Below, piece by piece: positions 16,611 through 29,900 of a stretch of 64,000 nt of DNA (the first letter of the stretch is position 1; the number at the start of each line of letters is the position of its first letter). The translations under genes were made by a program, and so were the position numbers. Source of the DNA: the human T2T-CHM13v2.0 reference genome, Homo sapiens. The stretch is taken from the NCBI RefSeq assembly GCF_009914755.1, contig NC_060927.1, one strand, 5' to 3'. The notes under the pieces were generated by a model. That model made no database searches. It worked only from the letters and a program-made list of their open reading frames with translations, and had not been told where the DNA came from.

Positions 16611-19600
16611 AGTGGGACCGCGGATGAAGTCTGGTGCTGCAGGTGGGCTGTAGACAGGCACCCGCTCCCCTCCGGCGGGACACTCTTGCAGCCTCCCAGG
16701 CCTTTCACAGCTGCGCTTCTCAGCACGCCCCACCACCCCCACCTCCAGATTCAGTGCCTGTCTATTTTGAACAGGTTCTCTAGGCTGGGTCAGGTCTCCC
16801 TCAGCTCCAAGTTCCTGGTGGTGGTGGTGAGTTGTCTTCCCCCAGAGAGGGTTCAAGGCAGAGGAAGTAGAGCCTGTGGGCATCCCTGGGCACAGCCCCT
16901 CCTGGCCCACTTTAGACTTACCCAAGGGCGATGCCTCTTGTGGGTTAAAGGAACAGGCTTTGGCATCAGACAGACTTGGTTTTCGATTCTGACTGCCACT
17001 CACCAGCAGAGCATCTTCACCTCTTGGAGCCTGCCTGCCACAGTGGAGGCGAGTAGCACCAGGGCTGAGGAGGCAGGAAGCCTCCCAGAGCCTCGCTGTG
17101 CATTTGGGAGGCCCGCGGGTTTGATTGTGAGACCGCACAGCAGCCTTTGGAGGGGGTATGGTTTTTATCACCCCACTTCACAGGTGGGGAGATGGAGTCC
17201 TTGGGCATGACTGGCTAGAGGTCCCACAGCCAAATGGAGAGCTACTGCAGTCCAGGCACCTACCAGAATCTGGGGGGGCACGGGGTGGTTTGTACCCAAT
17301 GAGGCCATGGAGGGGGCCTTGTGACAGTGACTGCCATGTGACGAGAGAAGCCCGTGGCCTTTATGGCCAACGGATGCCCAGAGTGAGGGCATCCTCTGTG
17401 CCAGCCCCTGCTTCTGCCAGACACACCTGCCACATCCAGAGCAGGCCTACAAAGGAGGTGGTAGTGTCCTTGGGTGGAGGGCAGGCTGCTGCCTGAGCAG
17501 GCCTGGGCTGGGGTCAGTTGGCCTCAGGCAGCCAAGGACTGGCCAAGTATAAATGGAAGAAAAGTCCAGCAGCACAGAAAACCGACCTGCTAGGAAGGAT
17601 GGGAGGGAAGGGATAGGGTAGGTGGGTGACATGAGGGTGTTGGACAGGGCTGGATGGAAGCCCGAAGTATCTCTCCCCACTCCTGTTCCCAGCCACAAAA
17701 GGAGGCTACGGAGATTCCCTTTTAACAAAGAGCATCTGAAAAGGAAGAATGAAGCTGAGGGTTGGGAGGGACACCCCTCTCCTTTCCCTCCCCAGCAGGC
17801 TCCAATGGCCCCAGCAATGTCGTTGCCTTGGCAACCACAGCCCCCTTCTAGCTCCCTTTCTCCTTTAACCCCATCCTGCCTGGATGCACCTCTCGCCTGT
17901 ACCCTCCCTCCCTCTCTTCCCAGCTCAGACTAAAGAGAGACTTGGCGGGCTGGGGAGAAAGGACTTCTCTGCTCACCAAGCAGTCCTGGGGTTAATGCCC
18001 TGGCTGCATCCCAGGACCGCCCCTTCCTAGGGATCAGATGGACAACTCTTTAAGATGGAGACAGGACAGGACGAAATGACCTTTGAAAGAATTATTCTGA
18101 ATGAACAAGGGAGCTGTCTTCTCCCAAAGATTTCAAGCCCCAAGTCTCCCAGTCCTCACTCCCTCCCAGGAGACAGAGGCTGTGACCCAGGAGCCCCTGG
18201 CGGAGTTTAGGAAACAAGCGCTGGAGCAGGGGGGTTTGAAGATCATCTAGTTCCCCTCTCTAAGCCAATGGGTGGGGAAACTGAGGTCTAAGAGGAGGAG
18301 GAATTTACTCAAGGGCACACAGTGAGTATTGGAGAGTCAGGGAGGGAACCAGAGAGGCCTGAGCCGGGATGAGGGTGGAGGCTGCATTTGCTACCGTTGG
18401 CCCGAGGAGTGGCTAGGTACAGAGGGCCACAGGAGACCTGCACCCCATGGGAAGGCAGTTGCTGATGTTTCTCTCCTGAGTCCAGAGAAAGCCCCTGGCT
18501 GCCCTCACCCACTTTTGTTCCCTGAGAGGTGCCTGCCTCCCTACCATTGGTGTTCCTGGGTTTCCTAAACTTAGTGCTTCAGTAACCCCCTCCCAGGCCC
18601 CAGCGCAACATAGGCTAAGGAAGGAGAATGAGTTCTGGCCCTGTTTAGGGCGGCACACGGGACTCTAGCAAGATCAGAGAGGAGCTAGAATTCTGAGAGG
18701 GCTGGGGATTCTAAAGGTCCCATTGAGAGTGTCCCCTGAGCACGAAGGGCTTGTGGCTGCAGGCAGCAGGTTCTGGCCCAAGGGCAGCCCTTTCTTGACT
18801 GTGTCCCTGGCAAGTCACTCAACTTCTCAGAGGCTGCTAAATGGCCCAATCCCACCTCCACGTAAACAAGGTCGGCCACACAGGCTACACAAGATTCCCA
18901 TGAGGCGGCAGACACAGAGCTATGGACAGGTCCTGGGAGGGGGTCCCAGCCCCAAACCTCTTGTATCTGCTGTGCCAGGGCTACTGCCATGATCACTTGG
19001 AGCACCTACGGTATGCAGAGCCGGGGAGGCTGGGAGGGGAGGAAGCTGTGGGCACAGCACCCCTAGATGTAGACCAGAGAGGGCTCCATTCAAGCCAGGC
19101 CAGCAGGCTCCAGAAACCTTCTGGGGTTGGAGGAGCGCCCTGGGAGCCTCCCTGGAAGATGAGGCAGGCCCTGTGCGATCAGGTGGAGGTGGAGAGAACA
19201 CAGTGGGCTGGAGAGGGTGAAGGTTGGCATTTGCTCTCATAGCTCTCCCAGCTGATCCGGACCTCCCTGAGCTGTCGCTGCGACCCTGAAGACCCCAAGG
19301 CCTGGCCGGAAGAGGGTGCTCTTGCCTTTCCCGCACACAGCCCAAGTCCTGGGCGCCAGCAGAGAAAGGGGCCTGCTGCTGGGGGCTGGAGTCAGGAGCT
19401 TTGCCTTTATTGTGGCTGGTTCTCACCACACCCTCAGAGTGTCCTCGCCTGTTAATCCCACGTTGCAGAGGAGGAAACAGGCTCAGAAAAGTAAAGCGAC
19501 TTGCCCGTGATCACCCAGCTTTTTCTCCCCATCAAAGCCGCTCCTTGAAACTCTCCTGGGCGTGGACACTGCCTGAGACTCTTACACTCAGGTGGGAAGT

Positions 19601-21489
19601 GTGTCACCCAAGTGTAGGAAGTGTCATCCCAAGATGACAGCTTGAGAAAAGGAAGGGGACGCCTACCGGAAGGAGTGACCCTCTGGTGGACAGTGCTGAG
19701 GTGTCCATGGAAGGTGGGGACAGGTGCTAGGAGACTCGGGCCCACCTCATCCAGCAGGCGTCCCCCTGCAATATTGCATTTGTTAGTCCCTCTTTCTACA
19801 TCGGCCCCATACCCACTCATTAGTTCTTCAAATTCTCAGGCACCCCCTCAGCAGGCAGCCACTGGCGAGGGCTGGGGAGCACGGTCCAGACCTGCCTGGA
19901 TGCCAGGCAGCTGGGTGACCTTGAGCAGAGACTCAACCCCAAGGCTCAGCTTCCTCATCTGGGAGAGGGGGAGCAGGGCATCACTTACTTGGCAGGCTGT
20001 GGTGGGGATCCAGGGACCTGTTCATTCCGAGCACCTACCAGGGCCTGGCCTGTGGACATTGCTCAGTCACTGGCTCACCCAGGCACTCCTCAGCCCTGGT
20101 TAATCCCCCAGCCACCTGCCTACTCCTGTGCCCACCTGCGGCTTTGGTCCCCATTTCCCAGTAATCCTCAGGGCCAGGTGCTGGCAGTCAGGGGGTCAGG
20201 GTTGTCCCTGCCCACCCAGCAGGTCTCCTAGGACAAGGCTCAGATTGGACAGATGACCAGGCAGGCAAAATGGGGGTCCTTCTCTGCCCTCCCCAATCTC
20301 CCCTGGTGGGCAGAGGCTGGTGGGGACAGAGGCAAAGAATCCCGCCCAGAGTGGGGATAAGAGAAGGGGATGGCTCTGCGGTGGCCCTCCTCCCCGTGGG
20401 CAGGGCTGCTGGGGACAGGGTCAGATGAGGTTGGGCTGACAAGCAGCTGCTGAGCGGTGGCAGTGAGGGACATGTGGGGACCCCCACCACTCCTAACAAC
20501 GCGGCACCAGTGCCTAGGAGCCAGCGGGTGAGAGGCCCACGGTCCTGGCTCTGCCTGTCTCAGCGCCTGCTGCCTGCCTGGCACAGGGCCCTTGCAGCAC
20601 TGGTTTTAATCGATCACTCTTTCCGCAAGCAGCTCCTGGAGGTGCGGGGGTGGCTTCCCCTTGACTCCAATCTCCTGGAGGATGCAGCTTGGCTAAAAAT
20701 AACTTGAATTACTGAGCTCCCACCCTGGCGCAGAGGAGGGGCCTGGGGGCTGCGGGGGCGGCGCCTGGAGGGAATGTTGCCGCAGCCAGGAGGGGGTTCC
20801 CTGACAGGAAGTGGAGAAGAGTGAGTGTCGGCAGGTGGGAAGGAGTGCAGCTTGTTGAAGGGAGGCTGGCCCTTTCTCGCCCATTCCTCCAGGCTCAGGC
20901 CTGCTCCCTGGGGACAGTGCTTCTTGAGAAAACCTGGGGAAGGGCTGGCCCTGACCCCTGCACTTGCATCACTGAGGGTAAGTGGCCTGGCTGCAGCGGG
21001 GGTGCTCCTCCCAGCACAGACACCGGATTTGGAGGAGACTCCCCCTGTAGATGCTCTGGGCAGGAGCCTCCTCCCTGCCCTCCCACAGGGCACCAGAATG
21101 CAAGCCGTGTTGGGCATCAGGCAAGAGGAGTCAGGTCTGGTCTCATGTCCTGTTCCTTCTGTGTGACACTGAACTCAACTTCCTTATCTGATAACTGGAT
21201 GCAACTGCAAAATCAAGCATTTGCCTCCACCCCCATTCTGCAGGCAGCCTCTCATCTGTCTGGAGCAGCAGCATCAGGCTCCCTGTCACTCACTCCCAAC
21301 CGCCTTGGTGCCTGCAGAGGGGGCAAGTCCCGTGACCACCCTTCAGAGCAGAGTGGGTGTTATGCCCAGGTTGGGCAGGCAGGACCTGGGTCTCTCGAGG
21401 TGCAGCAGGGCAGGTCAGGGAGAGTGGGGACTCCAGGGCCTCAGGGAGAGTGGAAGGTGACTTCAGGGCCCAGGCAGAAGCCTGGGGTC

Positions 21490-21562
21490 AGGTGGCATGG
21501 TAATAGTCCCAGCTACTTGGGAGGCTGAGGCACAAGAATCACTTGAACCTGGGAGGTGGAGG
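21490..21562 (+). mobile_element. Short internal Alu right-arm fragment
   Basis: AGTCCCAGCTACTTGGGAGGCTGAGGC...GAACCTGGGAGGTGGAGGT, no tail. Confidence 0.8.
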
Positions 21563-22925
21563 TCACTGCTGCCCCCCTGCCATCCCCATCTTCATACCCC
21601 AGGGCCAGGCCAGAGCAGGATGCTGTACAAGCAGTTCAAGGGCAGGTCCAGGGCTGCATGGCGGAAGGGGGACAGGATGGCAGTCCCTTGCATGTGCACG
21701 GAGGCAGTGGGGACATACTGGTGTTGGACCAATCTGTCCTGCAGCAGGGAACAGGCTGGGAGCTCCCAGCCCCCGCCATTGCCTCAGTTCCCTCATCTGT
21801 AAAAGAGGTCTGGATTAGATGCTCTCTGAAGTTCCTGACAGCATCTGGGGAAGATGGAGCATAGATAGCAGCTGCCCTTGGGAAAACAGCAACAGCTACG
21901 ACTTCAGCTTCCCTGCCCTTCACTGAGCACCTCTGGCGCTGAGATGCTCTGTGAGGACAGCACTGAGGTTATCCCCCATCACACGTGAGGAGACCGAGGC
22001 TCAGAAAGGGGGACTTGTCTGAGGTCACATGGCTTGGACGTGATGGGCTGATTTTGAACCCGGCACTGTCCAACTGCAGTCTGTTTTCCCATTCCATCCT
22101 ATTCTAAACATAGGGCCTGGGGGATGAGACGTGCTTTTGGGGGTGACTCAAGGTGGGGTGCAGGGGCATGGATCCAGATAGAAGTTCCCTACAGCTGTGC
22201 CCCCTCCCACACCCCCTCCCACCCCCACCCAGGTTTGGCTCAGGTCACAGGGAGCCTCATTCTGGGGCACCAATGGGACTGGGAAGTGGCTGTGCTTGCG
22301 GGAGGTTGGGAGGAGAGGAGGGAGTGTGAACCTGCTTGAATGGGAACAGGACCAGTGATAATAATAATGACAATAACTCCCTCCCCCGACCCCAGAGACA
22401 TTTTTAGCAACACTGTTCCTAAGGAGAAACTCAAATATCCGGTGACAGGCAAATTGAGAAATCAGCTGCAGCTCCGACAGCAGCATGGGTGAATCCTGAA
22501 CCATCATGTGGGTGAAAAAGCAAACTGCAGGAGACTACATTCAGTTCAAAGCCATTTTTATAAAGCCCCCCTGAAGTATAACTAAATGATATAGTTTTAG
22601 GAGTTCAGGTGTGTATGATGACAGAACTATCTGCAGGCTAGGAAGTGCTAAACCAAAATTTGCCATACTCGAGGAGAGGCAGGAGCTGGATAGGGAGACC
22701 CACACGGGGGACCCCACCCACGGACACCTGCCACAGGCCCACAGGGTGCCGGGCACTCTTCATGGTGTGGGGAGATACAGGCATGAGCAAGGCAGACATG
22801 AAGCCCGGGCCTTGTGGAGCTTATGGTCTAGCAAGGCAAGTTCCGTGCCCATTCTGTGTTGTATGGTAGATCGCAGGTGTCAATTATACTATTTTGCACT
22901 GTCTGCATTGTCCGTTACAGATATT

Positions 22926-23572
<647 letters not shown>

Positions 23573-23607
23573 TGATATTCTTTTATATTAATCAAATACT
23601 GTATTTA

Positions 23608-24320
<713 letters not shown>

Positions 24321-24789
24321 ATATACATCTGCACACACATATATATACTATAGTGTGTATATGTGTATACACATATATACTATAATGTGTATATATACCA
24401 TATATATAGTATATGTGTGTGTGTGTATATATAGTATTTGGTATTTAAATAGATTAAACAAGGAATAAACACAAACTTAATTGACCTTCTTCTCCCCAGT
24501 AAAACATCCCACCCAAGTGGGTGGGTTCTGGGGGCTGAGCTCCTCTCCCTGCTACCCCTCATGGATATCCCATCACACTCAGCTAGAGGGGGTGCGAATC
24601 CCAGATCCCTTCCCCCCTCTCAATCTCCCAGCCCGACTGAATGTCCCACAAAGTTATTCTCTCATTTACCAGCAGGTAAGAGTCAAATATCGTTTGGAGT
24701 GCTAGGCTGGAAAGTGGGACAGAGTTCCCTACCTCTGGGAGCGCCAAAGTCATTTGGAAAGATAAAATGCAAGAGAAAGACGTGCAGGG

Positions 24790-25060
24790 TGGCCAGGCAC
24801 GGTAGCTCACGCCTGTAATCCCAGCACTTTGGGAGGCTTGGGTTGGCAGATCAGTTGAGGTCAGAAGTTCGAGCCTGGCCAACATGGTGAAACCCCGTCT
24901 CTACTAAAAATACAAAAAATTTAGCTGGGTGTGGTGATGCAAGCCTGTAATCCCAGCTACTCGGGAGGCCAAGGCAGGAGAATCGCTTGAACCCAGGAGG
25001 CAGAGGTTTCAGTGAGCCGAAATCCCGCCACTGCACTCCAGCCTGGGCGACTGGGCGACA
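24790..25060 (+). mobile_element. Alu lacking a poly-A tail
   Basis: Alu consensus ending CTGGGCGACTGGGCGACA. Confidence 0.88.
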
Positions 25061-25206
25061 CTCCTGGCAAACATCCCTCTCCTGGTTCAGTGCTCTTGCA
25101 CTATATTAATAGTGATAGAGAGTACAGGAGATGGGAGGTAACACGTATGACCTGTCTCAAGCTGTTCATTCCCATCAAAGGCAGGGGGGTCAGGAGGGCT
25201 TAGTCT

Positions 25207-25428
25207 GCCATCCATCCATCCAACCATCTCCCCATCCATCCAACCCTCTATCCATCCATCCATCCATCCATCCATCCATACATACATACATACATACATC
25301 TATCCATACATCTCCCCATCCATCCAACCCTCTATCCATCTGTCCATCCATCCATCCATCCATCCATACATACATACATACATCTATCCATACATCTACC
25401 CATCCATCCAACCAACCATCTATCTATC
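25207..25428 (+). repeat. (CCAT)n/(CATA)n compound tetranucleotide repeat; resumes degenerate at ~25950-26070
   Basis: Seen directly. Confidence 0.95.
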
Positions 25429-25925
25429 TGTAATAGGCAGACTAATGTCCCCCAAAAGATGTCTCCATCCTAATCCTAGAGCCTGTGATTATGTTACTTA
25501 ACATGGCAAAGGGGGATTAAGGTTGCAGATGGAATTAAGGTTGCTAATCATCTGGTGTTAAAATAGGGGGATTATCTTGGATTATCTGGGTGGGCCCAAG
25601 GTAATCATATGGGTTCTTAAGAGGAGAAGAGGAACCACAGAGATGGCAGCATGAGAAGGACTTGGTCTTACATTGCTGGCTTTGAAGATGGAGGAAGGGG
25701 CCACAAGACAAGAAAAAATGACAGCCCCCAGAAGCTGGAAAGGCAAGGAGGACATGGATGCTCCATTAGAGCCTCCAGAATGCAACCCTGCTGACACCTT
25801 GATTTTAGTCCAGTGAGACCCCTTTCAGGTTTCTGACCTCCAGAATTGTAAGATAATACATTTGTGTTGTTTTAAACCATGAAACTTGTGATAATCTGTT
25901 ACAGCAGCAATAGGAAACTAACACA
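25429..25925 (+). mobile_element. MaLR solo LTR (MLT1D-like)
   Basis: TG...CA ends; MLT1 motifs GATTATCTGGGTGGGCCC, GAAGCTGGAAAGGCAAGGA, CTGACACCTTGATTTTAG, CAGCAATAGGAAACTAACACA. Confidence 0.88.
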
Positions 25926-26311
25926 GCAACTAACGAGCCAGCCCTTCATGCAACCATCCACCCAACCACCTATCCAACCATCCATCCAACCATCCATCCA
26001 ACTGTCCATCCAACCATCCATCTAACCATCCATCCAACAATCCATCTGTCCATTTAACTAACTAACCACCCATTTAAGAAATATTCATTGACCGTCCCCC
26101 TTGTGTCACCTGGCAAGCTGTGAAAAAAAAGTGGGCAAATTACTGAAGCTCCCCACCCATTGGGAGCAATAGATACAGGATTTCAATCCAGGATCCTCAA
26201 TGCTATGATGGTAGAATATGAAGCACTTGGGAAGGATTATGGGAGGCTTGATGGCTTTTGGTGGCAGGAACAAGGCAGGGAACGCTGTAAAACAATTGTG
26301 AGTCCCATTGA

Positions 26312-26972
<661 letters not shown>

Positions 26973-29900
26973 TGAATTTTTTAAAATTTTGAATAAAAAA
27001 AGCCAACAATTGTGAGTCTCTGCAGCCAGCTCCTCACCTGAAGGCTGCCCCTTGAGGCCACTGTCCCTTGCTACCTCTTTCCTCACCCCCGTGTACCTGG
27101 AACTCTTTGCCTTGTCCAAGGAGTAGGGCAAGAGGCCTGATCCAACCAGGATTTGTCCTCCTGTTGTGACTTCTGCCTCCTGCTCCTCAGCTTAGGCCTC
27201 ATGCCTGCCATACTTTCTGCACAGCCCTGAGGCTCTGAGGTTCACTCTTGCTGCCACCTAAGCCACCAGCCCATCAGTTAGCAGTGAATGGCCATGACAC
27301 CCACATTCTTGGTACCAGTGAGGAGCACCTGCTCAAGGGTTAGGCTGAGCCTAGTTCTTGGGCTGTGTGATCTCAGGACTGCCCCTGTCTGGGTCTTCAC
27401 ACCCTCATCTACAGAATGGGAATAATGATAGCTCCTCCTTTCAGGGCTGTAGTCAAGCTCAAGAGAACTCATGTTGAAGACCAGCCTGCACAGATCCTGG
27501 CATACAGGAACCCTGCCACCATCACCGCCTGGAAGGTGCTAGATTATTATATTGGGGGATGGAGTTGTTGGCACTTAGCTCCTCCCCACCGGAAAGGACC
27601 AGTTTCCTGTCCGTGAGTTGTTAGCTTTGACATGCTGAGCTATAGCCCCGTGGAGCCTGATCACAGGGGAGCCTGCGATCCACGGACAAGAGAGTTGCCC
27701 AGTATCTTGTAGGGCCATGGGCACAGTCCTCCCCAGCCCGGCTCATGTCACGATCTTCCAGGAACAGCCTGTACTTTGGCATGGCCCTGAGAAAGAGCAA
27801 AGACGGTGTTGCCCATCCTGTTCCAATCTTGTCACAGGAAGGATATGTGTCTGGCCATGTCCAGCAGATGTTTCAGGCCAAGTGTGTAGCCCAGGATAGC
27901 TTCCTGGGCAGCTGGCCCCAGGTTGGGTGTGGGGGAAGGGAGGGCAAAGGTCAACATTGAGAAGGGACAGCAAAAAGGGCTCAGGGTAGAATTTCAGACC
28001 CGATTGCCTAGGGCAGATTGGGGTAAGGTGTTCCCAAGCTTCTTACAGGGTCAGCCGCCATGAGGGTCACCCAGGTACCACGTTGGAGGCCTGCTTAGCC
28101 AACCTCGACTAGATGTGAGTGGCTCTTCTCTACACACCCAACTGAGACCACAAATCCCAGATGCATGAACCTGCTGGGTCTGGCCCACCCCAAGCCAGGA
28201 GGCAGTGTGGTCAGAATGCCACACCATATGCCAGGAGCTTGGTGTGCCACTCTTGGCTCTGCTATTGCATTCAGGATGTCACTTTATCTCTCCAGGACTC
28301 AGTTTCCCCTTCTGGAAAATGGAGCAATACACACTAGCCCACCATTTGTGGAATGCCTGGGTACTGTGCCCAGAGATCTTTTGATGTTTAATCTCATTGC
28401 TCACCTGATTCTGAATACAAAAGTTGAGGCTTCAGGAGGAAGCAGGCTGCCCAAGCCCATGATCCATGGAGGCAGCTTGTATGTGGGTCTGGCTGACTGG
28501 GTGCTGGTGCAGAGCTGAGCTGGGGCAGCTGCCTGTTGGCTCTGAGACCACTGTGCTTGCTGGGCTCGGTCTGCCCCACCCCATCCTCCCCTGGAACAGG
28601 TTTTCTACTCAGAAGTTGGCCTCTAAGGATCTCCCACCCAAAGGGCTGAAGCTCTGGATGCTCATTTTTCCCTGACTCGCTTGGGAGCCTGGTGAGATGT
28701 AAGGGACCCCCTGTTTTTCATCCCTCTCTTCACTCTCTCCTCCTAGCTGCATTCTCTGCCCAGCTCTGGATCCTGGAGGTGAGATCAAATGGGAGAATTC
28801 TGTTGGCCCAGGCAATGTCATCTTCCTTCAGATGTGTGACACCTTCCTAAGTCTGGCCAGGCAGCAGGGACAGAGACTCAGGCCCACCTGGGACCTGGTG
28901 ACCCAGGCTGTTCAGTGGCAGCCAGAGGTGGGGGCACAGACTAGGGGTGTTCATTGTACAGACACCCTTATATCCTGAAGGGGATCCAGCTGGGATTAGG
29001 CTGGATGCCAAATAAGACAGGCAGCATGTGGAAGCCCAGGACCCGGGTTCAAGTCCTACATCCACTAGAGCAGGCTAGGAGAGCTTAGATAAGTCACTCA
29101 TCTGTCCATCCATGCATCAACCACCCACAATCCATACAACACACATTTATAAGGCATCCTCTGTGTGTCAGGTGCCATGAGCAGGTGAAAACCTGCCCTC
29201 AGAGGTTGCAAAGGTGTAAGCATGGGAACAATCTCATAAGAACAGAGAGATGAGAGCAGGGTGTGTGCAAGCAGGATCCTGGTGTTGTGCAGGGTACAGC
29301 TTGCCCTAGTGGACAATGATGATGCAGCAGAGGTGGACCCAGAGACGACCAGGCAGTTGGGGCTCCAGGTTGGGTGCACACGTGTGCATGTGTCACAGGA
29401 CTCTGACTCTGGGGGCTGTTGGTAGAAGCCTGGAGGCCCCATATCCCTGCGGTAGTCGCCACACTACAGCAAAGTAGTGTGTTTGACAGGAAATACCTCG
29501 GCAGCCATTGCAATTTAGGTTGCAGAGCACAGAGCAGTTGCCCCCGCGATGGTCAGGAAGCCCAGACCAGCAGAAAGGGGTGGAGAGAAGGGACTTCACC
29601 TGCTCTGCCCTCAGACTCTGCTCCCAGCTTCTGGCCTCAGGCTACACCAAGCCCCAGGATCCAGTGCGTGCATTAAAGGAAGTCCGCAAAGCCTTCCTGG
29701 CCTTCTTATCAGGGATGGCTTTGGGAAGGCGTGGGTTGGCAGCAAGGCCTCTAGGGGGCCACCCTGGAGTTAGGCTTAGGGACGAGGGGGTAGCGTGACT
29801 TTTTTGTGGCAGCTCTCAAATGCTGGTGTCCAGCCTCCCAGTGCAGTCCCATCTCCTTCCTGTCTCTAACCTACCTCGTTGTGGTGGCTTCATCTCTGGC

